NCBI RefSeq assembly: GCF_913019975.1
Contig: NZ_CAJWBH010000015.1
Length of the DNA stretch: 64,000 nucleotides
Source: Thalassolituus maritimus
GTDB lineage: Bacteria; Pseudomonadota; Gammaproteobacteria; Pseudomonadales; Oceanobacteraceae
Direction: 5' to 3' (one strand)
The position numbers were made by a program, and so were the translations under genes. The notes beneath the pieces are model-generated. The model had not been told where the DNA came from, searched no databases, and worked only from the letters and a program-made list of their open reading frames with translations. Positions within the stretch are counted from its first letter, which is position 1. Each line of letters begins with the position of its first letter. Positions 8,872-18,389 of the stretch are shown piece after piece.

Positions 8872-10500
8872 ATGACAGAAACAGAACTCACGCGCTCGGG
8901 AAGCGATCTGTTACCTGACGAAATACCCGTTCTGGTTGTTGATGACGACCAGTCGGTACTCGATGTTACGAGTCTTGTTCTGTCCCGCTACCGTTTTGAG
9001 CAGCGACCTGTCACGGTCATTCAGGCCAGGTCTGCGGCGGCAGCGAAAGATATTCTGTCATCCCGCGATGATATTGCAGTTCTGTTTCTCGACGTCGTCA
9101 TGGAAGAGGATGATGCCGGCCTTAAACTGGTTGAATGCATTCGCGAAGAACTCAATAACCAGAAGATCCGGGTTATTCTCCGTACCGGTCAGGCTGGTTT
9201 CGCGCCAGAATATCGGGTTGTTCAGAATTACGATATTAATGACTACCTCGCCAAAAGTGAGTCCACGCAAGAGCGTCTCTACGTTTCCCTGACGACAGCG
9301 CTTCGAGGATACCGGGATATTCTGTTGTCCGAACATTTTGCCACGCTGGCGATGAATGCTGAACGTGAGCGTGAACTTGTCAGCGAAGCTCTGGAAGAAA
9401 AATCGCGATTCCTTGCACACCTCAGCCATGAGGTACGTAATCCTCTGACTGGTATGGTTGGCATTATTGAGTTGCTCGGCGATGCGGATGAAACGGAGCG
9501 TACAGAGTTGTTGCAGGGGCTCGAATTTACGACACAGACTCTGCTGGGTGTAGTTGATGACGTGCTTGATGTGGCTAAAATTGAAGCGGGTAAGTTCCGA
9601 CTGCAGGAATCCGCATTTAATGTTCGTTACTGGCTGGAAAAAACAGCGTCAACCTACGAAGCGATTTTACGCCAGAAAGGAATTCGTCTGGCGTGTGAAG
9701 TTGCTGAAGATATTCCCCTCAACCTGATTGGTGATCAGGCCCGGTTGCGTCAGGTTTTATCTAATTTTCTCAGCAATGCTGCGAGATTTACGCCTACGGG
9801 TGGCCAGGTCGCGGTGCGACTGAATGGAGCCCGAAATGGTGAGCAGTGGACCCTGTTTGTATCGGTCAGTGATACAGGGATCGGTATTGCGCCAGATCGT
9901 CTGACTTCTGTGTTTAAGCCCTATGTTCAGGAGACTGCAGCTACTGCAGAAGTGTATGGTGGAACAGGGCTTGGCCTGAGTCTATGTCATGACCTGGCTT
10001 CACTCATGGGTGGGAGTGTCGGTGTGACCAGTCGTCAGGGAAAGGGGTCGACGTTCTGGCTGGAGGTACCGCTTGGCATTGATAGCTCGCTGGTTACGGG
10101 GAGCCAGGACCGGCCGGCTTATAAGGTTCTCGTGTGTGAAGACGACGCAACCAATCAGAGAACCATGCAGGTAATTCTGGAAAAAAAAGGTCTGGACGTT
10201 GATGTCTTTGATAACGGCCGGGAGCTTATCGACAGCGATGCGTGGCGAATGGCTGACGCGATTATTATGGATTGCCATATGCCAGAACTTGGCGGTATGG
10301 AAGCAACTAGAATTCTCCGCTCAGAAGGTAGCGAGCTGCCCGTATTGGCGCTAACTGCTGGAGTGTCTGACGCCGAGCGGCAGGACTGTCTGGAGGCTGG
10401 TATGGATTGTGTTATCAGTAAGCCTGTGGATTATTCAATGCTTTATGATCAACTGGTTTCGCTAATTATTAAGGGGCGTCACCCGGTGCGCATTGCCTGA
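8872..10500 (+). CDS. cytoplasmic hybrid histidine kinase (REC-HisKA-HATPase-REC)
   Basis: VVDDD/LFLDVVM N-terminal REC; LSHEVRNPL; NFLSNAARFT; DTGIG; GGTGLGL; C-terminal CEDD/IMDCHMP. Confidence 0.88.
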   Translation: MTETELTRSGSDLLPDEIPVLVVDDDQSVLDVTSLVLSRYRFEQRPVTVIQARSAAAAKDILSSRDDIAVLFLDVVMEEDDAGLKLVECIREELNNQKIRVILRTGQAGFAPEYRVVQNYDINDYLAKSESTQERLYVSLTTALRGYRDILLSEHFATLAMNAERERELVSEALEEKSRFLAHLSHEVRNPLTGMVGIIELLGDADETERTELLQGLEFTTQTLLGVVDDVLDVAKIEAGKFRLQESAFNVRYWLEKTASTYEAILRQKGIRLACEVAEDIPLNLIGDQARLRQVLSNFLSNAARFTPTGGQVAVRLNGARNGEQWTLFVSVSDTGIGIAPDRLTSVFKPYVQETAATAEVYGGTGLGLSLCHDLASLMGGSVGVTSRQGKGSTFWLEVPLGIDSSLVTGSQDRPAYKVLVCEDDATNQRTMQVILEKKGLDVDVFDNGRELIDSDAWRMADAIIMDCHMPELGGMEATRILRSEGSELPVLALTAGVSDAERQDCLEAGMDCVISKPVDYSMLYDQLVSLIIKGRHPVRIA

Positions 10501-10539
10501 CGCTGACGTGTTGCTGTGACGTCTGATCTTGATAAGAAG

Positions 10540-10568
10540 AAGGGCTGAAAACTCAGCCCTTTTTATTT
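10540..10568 (+). terminator. intrinsic terminator between convergent genes
   Basis: aagggctga-aaac-tcagccctt followed by a T-rich tract. Confidence 0.7.
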
Positions 10569-10629
10569 CTGTCGCTTTGTATCTGTACTTCTATTTCAAC
10601 CCATTTGAATCCCGCGGTCACCTGTCGGT

Positions 10630-13053
10630 TTATTTTACCGAAGCGTCATCTTCCGGCGACTCCCCATCTTTGCGAGAAGGGTCAGTCATGCGGGCGATGG
10701 CTTCAAGGCGTTTGATGATTTCTCCGTTTACGCTACCTTCTGGGAAATTGCCCTCTGCATCTGCGATACCAGGCTCCCGGTCCAGCAACAGATGGATGGC
10801 TTCGTCGACGTGGCGCACGCAGTAAATATGGAATTCACCGGCCTCGACGGCCTTCAGTACATCGTCATGTAAAACAAGATTACGCTGATTGGCTGCTGGG
10901 ATAATTACCCCTTGCTTGCCGGTCAGTCCCCGAGCGTTGCAAAGACGGAAGAAGCCTTCGATCTTCTCATTCACGCCACCGATGGCCTGGGCTTCACCGT
11001 ATTGGTTGACCGAACCTGTAATAGCAAAACTCTGATCAATCGGCGAGTGAATCAGAGCCGAAATAAGACAAATCAGTTCAGCCATAGAGGCGCTGTCACC
11101 ATCGACGTAACCGTAAGACTGTTCCATTGCGATATGAGCAGAAATAGCGAGAGGGAATTTCTGTGCGTAGCGGTTCCCCAGGAAGCCTGAAAGAATCATA
11201 ACACCTTTAGAGTGAATCGCCTGACCCAGAGCGACTTCACGTTCGATATCGACAATACCTTTTGAACCCGGATATACCGACGCTGTAATTCTGGCAGGTG
11301 AGCCGAAACTGGTGTCGCCGAGTGACATCACGGTCAGTCCGTTAATTTTACCGATGGCGGTGCCGGTGGTCTCGAGAAGCACTGTGCCGTCCAGCATCTG
11401 CTCAAAAAGCTTGTCGTAGACTCTTCCAGTACGTTCCTGTTTGGCCTTAAGCGCACGATCGATATGAATTGTGGTGATTAATTCGTCCTGCGCCAGCTTG
11501 CGAATGAAGTCGGCTTCAGCGAGTAGGTCAAACTGATCACCAATTAACGCGCTTAAAGTATCCTGCTGTTCAGCAAGGCGGGCGCTGTGTCGGACCATGC
11601 GCTCAACGGCGGCTTTGTCGAGGTCGGCGTATTGCTGCTCTTCGATCCGGCTCTTCAACAGTTGAGCGTAGGCCTGAACGTGGGGTTCAGTCAGTTCGAT
11701 ATCACTGTCGAAATCGACCAGTGTGCGGAACAGACGCTTAAAGTCTTCGTCGTATTCCTGAAGCAGGTAATAAATCTGACGAGAGCCAATAAGCACCAGC
11801 TTAAAATCGAGGGGGATAACATCTGGCACGAGTGATGTTGTGTTCAGCAGGCCGACCTCGGAATAGGGCGATTCCATCTTGAGCTCGTTGGATTGCAGTG
11901 CACGTTTCAACGCGTCCCACACGAAGGGTTCGGACAGCACTTTCTCGGCATCCAGAATCAGGTAGCCGCCGTTGGCTTTGTGCAGCGCACCTGGGGCGAT
12001 TTTCTGATAATTGGTGACCAAGGCGCCTTGCTCACTGACGTACTCTATGCGTCCGACGAGGTTGGCGTACGACGGGTGGGGCTCGTAGATCACCGGCGCG
12101 CCACTGTCAGGCGCATGATGCGTGGCAATATTTGGCAGCAGTGAATCTTCAAGGCTGCTGCGTTTCGCGTACTCTTCACGCAGGTCCATCAGGCGCTCTT
12201 CGACCAGCTCTTCCAGAACAACGGACGGAAGGTGCTCTTCCATCACCGTGATGTAGTCCATCACTGGCTCATGATGAGAAAAGGCTTCGCGAATCGGAGC
12301 GAGCAAGGGAGTGATCGCCTCGCGAATCGTTTCCTGATTCAGGCGACGAAGCTCGTTGCTGCTTTCGCGTTTCCATTGTGGCAGTTCTGCAAGTTGCTCA
12401 CTGAGCATGTGTTCAAGCTCAGCGATGTCATTGTGGAAGGTTTCCCGCTCTTCTTCGGAGAGCTGAGCAAATTCGGTCTCATCCAGTGCTTTGCCTTCGC
12501 GCATTGGGGTGAAACTGATAGCGTTTGAATCCCGGTATACGGCAACCCCGCGCTTGTGCGCTTCCCGCTCTACCGTTTCGATCGCCCGGTCATAACGACG
12601 GTTAAATGTGTAATCAATGGCCGACTTTTTCTGTTGATAGGTCGGGTGCTCCAGAACGGCTGGAAAGCTGGCAATCAGCTGATCAATCAATTCGGTCATA
12701 AGCCCGCGGAAGTCACTGGCCTCCTGTGGGAGCAGGGCGAGAACTTTGGGCTCGCGCGGATTATTGAAGTTGTTTACGTAGCACCAGATGTCTGGGGTCT
12801 TCTGACGCTTGGCCTCGCTTTTCAGATAGTCGCGCACGTAGGACGAGCGACCGGTTCCGGTGTCTCCCATAACGAATATGTTGTAACCGGGGCGTTCCAT
12901 TGCAACGCCGAACTGGATCGCGTTGACGGCTCGCTCCTGACCCAGAACCCCGTGAAAGGGCTCAATATCCGCAGTTGTTTTGAAGTCGAGAGAATCGGGG
13001 TGGATCGTCTGTGTGGCAAGAGAGTGGGGTAACGCTTGGGGCTTCTGTGTCAT
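10630..13053 (-). CDS. Lon-like protease (AAA_32 + Lon_C; LonC/YcbZ type)
   Basis: GQERAV, degenerate Walker A GDTGTGRSS, GALHKANGGYL, INGL, VDGDSAS (Ser), GGVNEKIEGF (Lys). Confidence 0.88.
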   Translation of the reverse strand: MTQKPQALPHSLATQTIHPDSLDFKTTADIEPFHGVLGQERAVNAIQFGVAMERPGYNIFVMGDTGTGRSSYVRDYLKSEAKRQKTPDIWCYVNNFNNPREPKVLALLPQEASDFRGLMTELIDQLIASFPAVLEHPTYQQKKSAIDYTFNRRYDRAIETVEREAHKRGVAVYRDSNAISFTPMREGKALDETEFAQLSEEERETFHNDIAELEHMLSEQLAELPQWKRESSNELRRLNQETIREAITPLLAPIREAFSHHEPVMDYITVMEEHLPSVVLEELVEERLMDLREEYAKRSSLEDSLLPNIATHHAPDSGAPVIYEPHPSYANLVGRIEYVSEQGALVTNYQKIAPGALHKANGGYLILDAEKVLSEPFVWDALKRALQSNELKMESPYSEVGLLNTTSLVPDVIPLDFKLVLIGSRQIYYLLQEYDEDFKRLFRTLVDFDSDIELTEPHVQAYAQLLKSRIEEQQYADLDKAAVERMVRHSARLAEQQDTLSALIGDQFDLLAEADFIRKLAQDELITTIHIDRALKAKQERTGRVYDKLFEQMLDGTVLLETTGTAIGKINGLTVMSLGDTSFGSPARITASVYPGSKGIVDIEREVALGQAIHSKGVMILSGFLGNRYAQKFPLAISAHIAMEQSYGYVDGDSASMAELICLISALIHSPIDQSFAITGSVNQYGEAQAIGGVNEKIEGFFRLCNARGLTGKQGVIIPAANQRNLVLHDDVLKAVEAGEFHIYCVRHVDEAIHLLLDREPGIADAEGNFPEGSVNGEIIKRLEAIARMTDPSRKDGESPEDDASVK

Positions 13054-13261
13054 TGTCGCTCTGATGTCGCTTCTTTAATGAGGTACCCAGTTACAGTATT
13101 GCGCTCGCCGCAGTATGACAAGTCTGATTAGAGAAAAGCGCACACTGGTAAGCTCTGTCAGTTGCTTTTGTGCGGTTCTCGGGGATAATTCACGCTTTGT
13201 TGGCATCTGTTGCAAACAAAGTGTCATCGCAGTATTCAGAATGTGCAGTTAAGGTAGCTCC

Positions 13262-13531
13262 ATGTCGGTCCAGCCGGAAGACAGAACAACGATAGATATG
13301 TTCAGCTCGTCAGGGCCGGGCCGCCCTCGCAGTAACCCCTATGACAGAACTCAGCAGTCTCGCCTTAATAAACGCAGTCAGCGTCTGCGCGACAAGCATG
13401 CTGGCTTGCATCGTCTGGAAGTGAAATTGCCTGCGCACGTCGTAGCCGCTCTGGATGGCGCTGCTGACGAGTTAGGTTTGTCCCGTGCGGAAGTAATCAC
13501 CAAAGCACTGGAGCAGTGGCTCCACATCTGA
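13262..13531 (+). CDS. ybfE: YbfE-like ribbon-helix-helix protein
   Basis: DRTTIDMF..PGRPRSNP..Q.RLNKR.Q..RD closely follows YbfE. Confidence 0.75.
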   Translation: MSVQPEDRTTIDMFSSSGPGRPRSNPYDRTQQSRLNKRSQRLRDKHAGLHRLEVKLPAHVVAALDGAADELGLSRAEVITKALEQWLHI

Positions 13532-13554
13532 CGCAATGAATTGTTCATAAGACC

Positions 13555-13583
13555 TTGATTCTGAAGCGGGTTTTGGCTAATGT
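13555..13583 (+). promoter_or_regulatory. sigma70-like promoter of ffs
   Basis: TTGATT-N17-TAATGT directly upstream of the SRP RNA leader. Confidence 0.55.
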
Positions 13584-13612
13584 ACGCCTCCCCGCTGATC
13601 GCGGGGCGTTAT

Positions 13613-13724
13613 GGTGGCCTTTGTCGGTCCCCTCGCAACGATACACCGCGAACCCCGCCAGGTCCGGAAGGAAGCAACGGTAGTGGTCGACTCGTGTGCC
13701 GGGGTGTGGCTGGCAGAGGTCATC
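13613..13724 (+). ncRNA. ffs: SRP RNA (4.5S)
   Basis: Conserved CCAGGTCCGGAAGGAAGCAAC domain IV; ends pair (ggtggcctttgtcgg / ctggcagaggtcatc); canonical position before dnaX. Confidence 0.92.
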
Positions 13725-13829
13725 TCCAGTTTCTCTTCCGTATTTTCCTTTCCAGATTGTCACTGACTTTACCCGCTTATCCAGTTATTATGCGAGCTGA
13801 ATACAGGTATTCAGGCCGAATAGATTTTC

Positions 13830-16052
13830 ATGAGTTATCAGGTACTTGCGAGAAAATGGCGTCCGCGTTTCTTTGATGAAATGGTCGGGCAGGAGCACGT
13901 TCTGCGCGCGCTCATCAATGCGCTGAATGAAGGGCGTCTCCATCATGCGTACCTGTTTACCGGCACCCGCGGTGTTGGTAAAACGACGATTGCCAGGATT
14001 CTGGCCAAATGCCTCAACTGCGAGCAGGGCGTCAGCGCAAGACCCTGCGGCGAGTGCTCTTCTTGCCGTGAAATTGCAGAAGGCCGCTTCGTTGACCTGA
14101 TTGAAGTCGATGCAGCATCCCGTACCCGTGTTGAAGATACCAGAGAGCTCCTTGATAACGTTCAGTACGCGCCTACAAGAGGCCGCTTCAAGGTCTACCT
14201 GATTGACGAAGTTCATATGCTCTCAACCCACAGTTTTAACGCCTTGCTGAAAACGCTCGAAGAGCCGCCGGAACACGTTAAATTTCTGTTGGCGACGACC
14301 GATCCACAAAAGCTCCCCGTGACTATCCTTTCGCGCTGCCTGCAGTTCAGCCTCAAAAATATGACGCCTGAACGTATTGTTGGTTATCTGGGTAAAGTGC
14401 TGCAGGCGGAGTCTGTGCCGTACGACGAGCCGGCGCTCTGGTCTCTGGGGCGTGCTGCGCAGGGCAGTATGCGGGATGCGTTGAGCCTGACAGATCAGGC
14501 CATTGCCTTCGGTGAAGGTGAGGTTCATGAGTCGCAGGTCAACTCCATGTTGGGCAGTATGGATCGCGGCAGGCTCTTCAGGCTGGCCGAAGTGATGGCT
14601 AAGGCCGATGCCAGCGAAATCCTGGCGGAGACCGCTTCGATGGCGGAGCACTCTCCGGATTATGACGAGATTCTGCAGGGGCTTTTGCACATCTGGCATC
14701 GTGCGTCACTCGCTCAGGTTGTTCCTGATGCCATTGATAATGCCGAAGGCGATCGTGAAGCGATCCTGCAGTTGTCGATGGCGATGCCCGCCGAAGATCT
14801 GCAGCTGTGTTATCAGATCGCGCTTCAGGGGCGACAGGACCTCGCGATGGCACCAGAGCCTCGTCAGGGCTTTGAGATGATATTGCTGCGCATGCTGGCA
14901 TTCCGTCCGGCACCTGATGTCGTACCTGAACTCGACCTGGCGTCGGCGCTCGAAAAAAAAAAGCCACTGACAGCTCCAGCGGCTGAAGCTGTTTCTGGGG
15001 TTGGTAGTGGGGTCGTTCCGGAGTCTGATTCAGAGACTGCTGCAGGTACTGCATCAGAGCCGAACGAGCCTGCAGGGCAGTTCGAATCTCTCGGTTCTGT
15101 TTCGCCTGCTTCTGAGCCCGCTATTGCTGAGCCAGAAAAGTCAGAACCTCAGATTGCGACGCCTTCCGCTGCAGAGCCTATGGGTTCAGAGCCTGTAAAT
15201 TCAGAGCCTGTAAATTCAGAGCCTGTAAATTCAGAGCCTGTAAATTCAAAGCAGGCGCCAGAATCAATGGTAGCTACGCCCCAACAACCGGAACCATCCG
15301 CGACGCCAATCATTACAGATCATGCTGTCTCTGCGGAAAATTTAACGGCCGCTGATGCTTCTGTTGATACCCCTGCAGAGGCGCATTCCGGCAGCTCCAC
15401 TGGCGCTCCTGTTGAGGCTCCAGCCGATATCCCTGTCCAACAAGATGTCCCTGTCGAATATGAGTCTGCGCTGGCACCAGTGATGCCTGGTGATGAGACG
15501 CAGGAACGTCGCGATGGCTCTCTGGCCGACCTTATGGAGAACCCGGTTCCGCAGGCCGTGGTTGAGCCAGTGAGTGAGCCGGAAGTGTCAGGCTCATCGC
15601 CAGCGGCAGATGTTGAAGCCGAGTCGTCTGCCATGGCGAGTGTCGACGAGTTGCCCGAGCTGGCTCCTCATACCTGGCATATGTGGGTTGATCATCTGGC
15701 GCTCGCTGGATTACCTATGGCAATTGCCCGAAACAGTGCACTTATTCAGCGTGAAGAGGCGCCGGAAGGCACTGTGCTTGAGTTTGATGTCGATCCCGCA
15801 CAAGGCGCGTTGTACAACGATACCCAGCGAGAGAGAATCGCAACGGCTCTGAGGGAATTTCTGCCAGGTGTGACACTCAGAATGACTCTCACTGCAACAC
15901 GTGGAGAGACACCGGAGCAACGCAGGCAGCGGCTGCTGGCCGATGCGCTGTATTCAGCGCGTCAGGCAATCGACAGCGACCCTCTGGTGGACCAGATAGT
16001 TAATGAATTAGGCGGGCAGGTCATCGAAGACACTGTCCGCCCGAATACCTGA
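13830..16052 (+). CDS. dnaX: DNA polymerase III subunits gamma/tau
   Basis: MSYQVLARKWRP, GTRGVGKTT, DAASRT, IDEVHMLS; long acidic Pro/Glu linker. Confidence 0.97.
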   Translation: MSYQVLARKWRPRFFDEMVGQEHVLRALINALNEGRLHHAYLFTGTRGVGKTTIARILAKCLNCEQGVSARPCGECSSCREIAEGRFVDLIEVDAASRTRVEDTRELLDNVQYAPTRGRFKVYLIDEVHMLSTHSFNALLKTLEEPPEHVKFLLATTDPQKLPVTILSRCLQFSLKNMTPERIVGYLGKVLQAESVPYDEPALWSLGRAAQGSMRDALSLTDQAIAFGEGEVHESQVNSMLGSMDRGRLFRLAEVMAKADASEILAETASMAEHSPDYDEILQGLLHIWHRASLAQVVPDAIDNAEGDREAILQLSMAMPAEDLQLCYQIALQGRQDLAMAPEPRQGFEMILLRMLAFRPAPDVVPELDLASALEKKKPLTAPAAEAVSGVGSGVVPESDSETAAGTASEPNEPAGQFESLGSVSPASEPAIAEPEKSEPQIATPSAAEPMGSEPVNSEPVNSEPVNSEPVNSKQAPESMVATPQQPEPSATPIITDHAVSAENLTAADASVDTPAEAHSGSSTGAPVEAPADIPVQQDVPVEYESALAPVMPGDETQERRDGSLADLMENPVPQAVVEPVSEPEVSGSSPAADVEAESSAMASVDELPELAPHTWHMWVDHLALAGLPMAIARNSALIQREEAPEGTVLEFDVDPAQGALYNDTQRERIATALREFLPGVTLRMTLTATRGETPEQRRQRLLADALYSARQAIDSDPLVDQIVNELGGQVIEDTVRPNT
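14953..14993 (+). other. putative dnaX frameshift/slippage site (A10G plus downstream stem)
   Basis: A run 14953-14962, then G; TGA in the -1 frame at 14984 and in the +1 frame at 14968; gacagct/agctgtt stem 3' of the run. Confidence 0.65.
15186..15245 (+). repeat. 15-bp tandem repeat x4 (SEPVN) in the dnaX linker
   Basis: tcagagcctgtaaat, four perfect copies, preceded by a degenerate gcagagcctatgggt. Confidence 0.95.
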
Positions 16053-16095
16053 CGTTTAATAAAGAATTGACCTGAAGAATTGAAGAGAGGTACGC

Positions 16096-16422
16096 ATGAT
16101 TAAAGGTGGAATGGGCAACCTGATGAAGCAGGCTCAGAAGATGCAGGAGCAGATGGCGAAGGCTCAGGAAGAACTGGCTTCTGCAGAAGTGACAGGCGAA
16201 GCCGGCGCGGGTCTGGTGAAAGTCGTTATGACTGGCCGTCACGATGTTAAGCGCGTCGACCTTGATGATTCCATCATGGAAGAAGAAAAAGAACTGCTAG
16301 AAGATCTTCTTGCTGCTGCTGTGAATGATGCCGTTCGTAAAATCGAACAGAATAATCAGGAGCATATGTCGAAGCTGACATCAGGCATGGGGCTTCCTGC
16401 AGGCATGAAGCTGCCGTTCTGA
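16096..16422 (+). CDS. ybaB: nucleoid-associated protein YbaB/EbfC
   Basis: [30 protein letters not shown]; follows dnaX. Confidence 0.95.
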   Translation: MIKGGMGNLMKQAQKMQEQMAKAQEELASAEVTGEAGAGLVKVVMTGRHDVKRVDLDDSIMEEEKELLEDLLAAAVNDAVRKIEQNNQEHMSKLTSGMGLPAGMKLPF

Positions 16423-16425
16423 TTC

Positions 16426-16953
16426 ATGGCCAGCCGACCGCGTGACTATCAGCTACTTTGCGAAGCATTCGATGGCTTGCCCGGTATCGGTGCGCAGGCA
16501 GCAGAGCGGCTGGCGGAATGGTTGGTCTATCACGGTGATAGCAGGCAGCTGGCGGAGGTCCTGACGCGCATTAACGAAGCGGGGCTCTGTCGGCTCTGTA
16601 ATCGTATTCAGTGCCAATCGGAGTGCCAGGCCAATGGCGCTTGCGCCGATTACTTTCTGGTGGCATCGACGGAAGCGGTACTCAATCGGTTGTCTGATAT
16701 TGTTGATTATCAGGGGCCGCTGTTTGTTTTGCACGGTGAGTTGTCGCCAGCAAGCGGGGTCGGCCCCTCTCAAATAAATATGGATGATCTGCTTGCGTCC
16801 GTTGAGCGCTTCCCAGAGGCGACGTTGTTGATACTCAGCGGTGATTCCGTTGAGGGGCGGACGACCGCAGAATATATTTTCCGGCGCTCGGGGCGGGCTG
16901 GTGAGCGTGTCAGTGTTGACCGTGCGAGTGAGATATTAAGGGGTCTTGATTGA
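16426..16953 (+). CDS. recR: divergent, shortened RecR
   Basis: LPGIGAQAAERLA HhH, CRLC, VLHGELSP..GVGP, SVEGRTTAEYI; syntenic; lacks the usual C-terminal segment. Confidence 0.75.
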   Translation: MASRPRDYQLLCEAFDGLPGIGAQAAERLAEWLVYHGDSRQLAEVLTRINEAGLCRLCNRIQCQSECQANGACADYFLVASTEAVLNRLSDIVDYQGPLFVLHGELSPASGVGPSQINMDDLLASVERFPEATLLILSGDSVEGRTTAEYIFRRSGRAGERVSVDRASEILRGLD

Positions 16954-18092
16954 CTGAACCTAGAGTACAGACTGAAGTGCCGGTGCCGGAATGGATCGCG
17001 ACGGATCAGCAACTTAACGATGCCTGCATCAGGTGGTCTTCGGCGGATTTTCTCGCGGTGGATACTGAGTTTGTCAGAACCAGTACGTTTTATCCCAAAC
17101 CTGGCTTAATTCAGGTCGCGGATAAACATGCGTGCGCATTGATTGACCCTCTGGCAATCAACGACTGGAGCAAGTTCAAAGCTCTTATGCAGAGCCCGGA
17201 TGTTGTGAAAGTATTCCATTCATGCGCCGAAGATCTTGAAGTCTGTAAGCGTATTTTTGATGCCGTACCGAGCCCCTTGTTTGATACACAGATAGCGATG
17301 GCGCTGTCGGGGTATGGTGGTTCTGTAGGGTTTCAACGAGCCGTCAGTGAATTGCTAGATCTGGATATTCCTAAAGAAGCAACCAGAACGGACTGGCTTC
17401 AGAGGCCACTGACTCCGGTGCAGATGGAATACGCGACCGCAGATGTGTTTTATCTTTTTCAGATTTATCCACGGTTGAAACAAAAGCTCGAGAGTCTCGG
17501 AAGAGAAGCGTGGGTTGAGGAAGAGTGCGAACGTCTTGTAGTCGCCGCGAGTCAACCTGATACAGACTTCACAGGTGCGTTTCAGCGAGTGAAGTCAGGC
17601 TGGAAGCTAAGGCCGCAGGAACAGAGCATTCTGCAACAGCTGGCTGTCTGGCGTGAGGAAGAGGCGCGGGCGCGTGATGTCCCGCGAAATAAAGTGGCGG
17701 ATGATCCAGCGCTGTGGAATTTATCCAGATTTAAAGCACGTAACCGCGATCAGCTTTTCAAAGCAGGGTTACGGGCAAACATCATCAAAGAGTGTGGCAA
17801 ACAGGTTCTGCAGATTATTCAGCAGGCACAGAGTACTGACTCTGATGAATGGCCGGAGTTGTTGCAACGGCCGCTTTCTGTTGATGACGGTAATCTGATG
17901 AAGCTTCTGAAAAAAGGCGTAATTAAAAAAGCGGAATCGCTCAATATTCCGCCGGAAGTGCTGGCCAACAAAAAAGCGCTGGAGGCGTTAATGCGCACCC
18001 CGGACAATGAATTGCCACCCATACTCCTTGGGTGGAGAAAATCAGAAATAGGTGATGCCCTCTTGGCGCACCTGAAAGAGATCAGGCAATAA
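16950..18092 (+). CDS. rnd: ribonuclease D
   Basis: VDTEFVRT, GLIQV, HSCAEDL, FDTQIA, TDWLQRPL, YATADV; HRDC domains; TTG start. Confidence 0.92.
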   Translation: MTEPRVQTEVPVPEWIATDQQLNDACIRWSSADFLAVDTEFVRTSTFYPKPGLIQVADKHACALIDPLAINDWSKFKALMQSPDVVKVFHSCAEDLEVCKRIFDAVPSPLFDTQIAMALSGYGGSVGFQRAVSELLDLDIPKEATRTDWLQRPLTPVQMEYATADVFYLFQIYPRLKQKLESLGREAWVEEECERLVVAASQPDTDFTGAFQRVKSGWKLRPQEQSILQQLAVWREEEARARDVPRNKVADDPALWNLSRFKARNRDQLFKAGLRANIIKECGKQVLQIIQQAQSTDSDEWPELLQRPLSVDDGNLMKLLKKGVIKKAESLNIPPEVLANKKALEALMRTPDNELPPILLGWRKSEIGDALLAHLKEIRQ

Positions 18093-18095
18093 ATT

Positions 18096-18389
18096 ATGAC
18101 GGCGACTAAGCGCGTTTTGTGTGACGTTTATAAAACACGTCGCAAGGATGAGATGTACCTCTACGTTGAAAAGAAAGAGGGGTTGGCTCGTGTACCGGAT
18201 GAGTTGAAAGAAATGTTTGGTAAACCTGAACTGGCATTAACCCTGTTGCTGACGCCAGAGAAAAATCTTGGTCGGGCAGATGCTGAAAAGGTTCTCGCTG
18301 ATATCGAAGAGAAGGGCTTTTATCTACAGATGCCTCCGGCAAAAGAACCCTATATGCTGGATCTCTTCTGCCGAAAGGACGACGAATGA
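18096..18389 (+). CDS. ycgL: YcgL-domain protein
   Basis: YKTRRKDEMYLYV, VPDEL..FGKP, GFYLQMPP. Confidence 0.88.
   Translation: MTATKRVLCDVYKTRRKDEMYLYVEKKEGLARVPDELKEMFGKPELALTLLLTPEKNLGRADAEKVLADIEEKGFYLQMPPAKEPYMLDLFCRKDDE

Noticed and set aside
10630-13053. Walker A Lys-to-Arg change (GTGRSS) as a sign of pseudogenisation
   Set aside because: Degenerate ATPase motifs are typical of the LonC/AAA_32 family; the Ser-Lys dyad and the ORF are intact.
13054-13261. LexA/SOS box upstream of ybfE
   Set aside because: No CTG-N10-CAG site was found by eye; the closest match has an 11-nt spacer.
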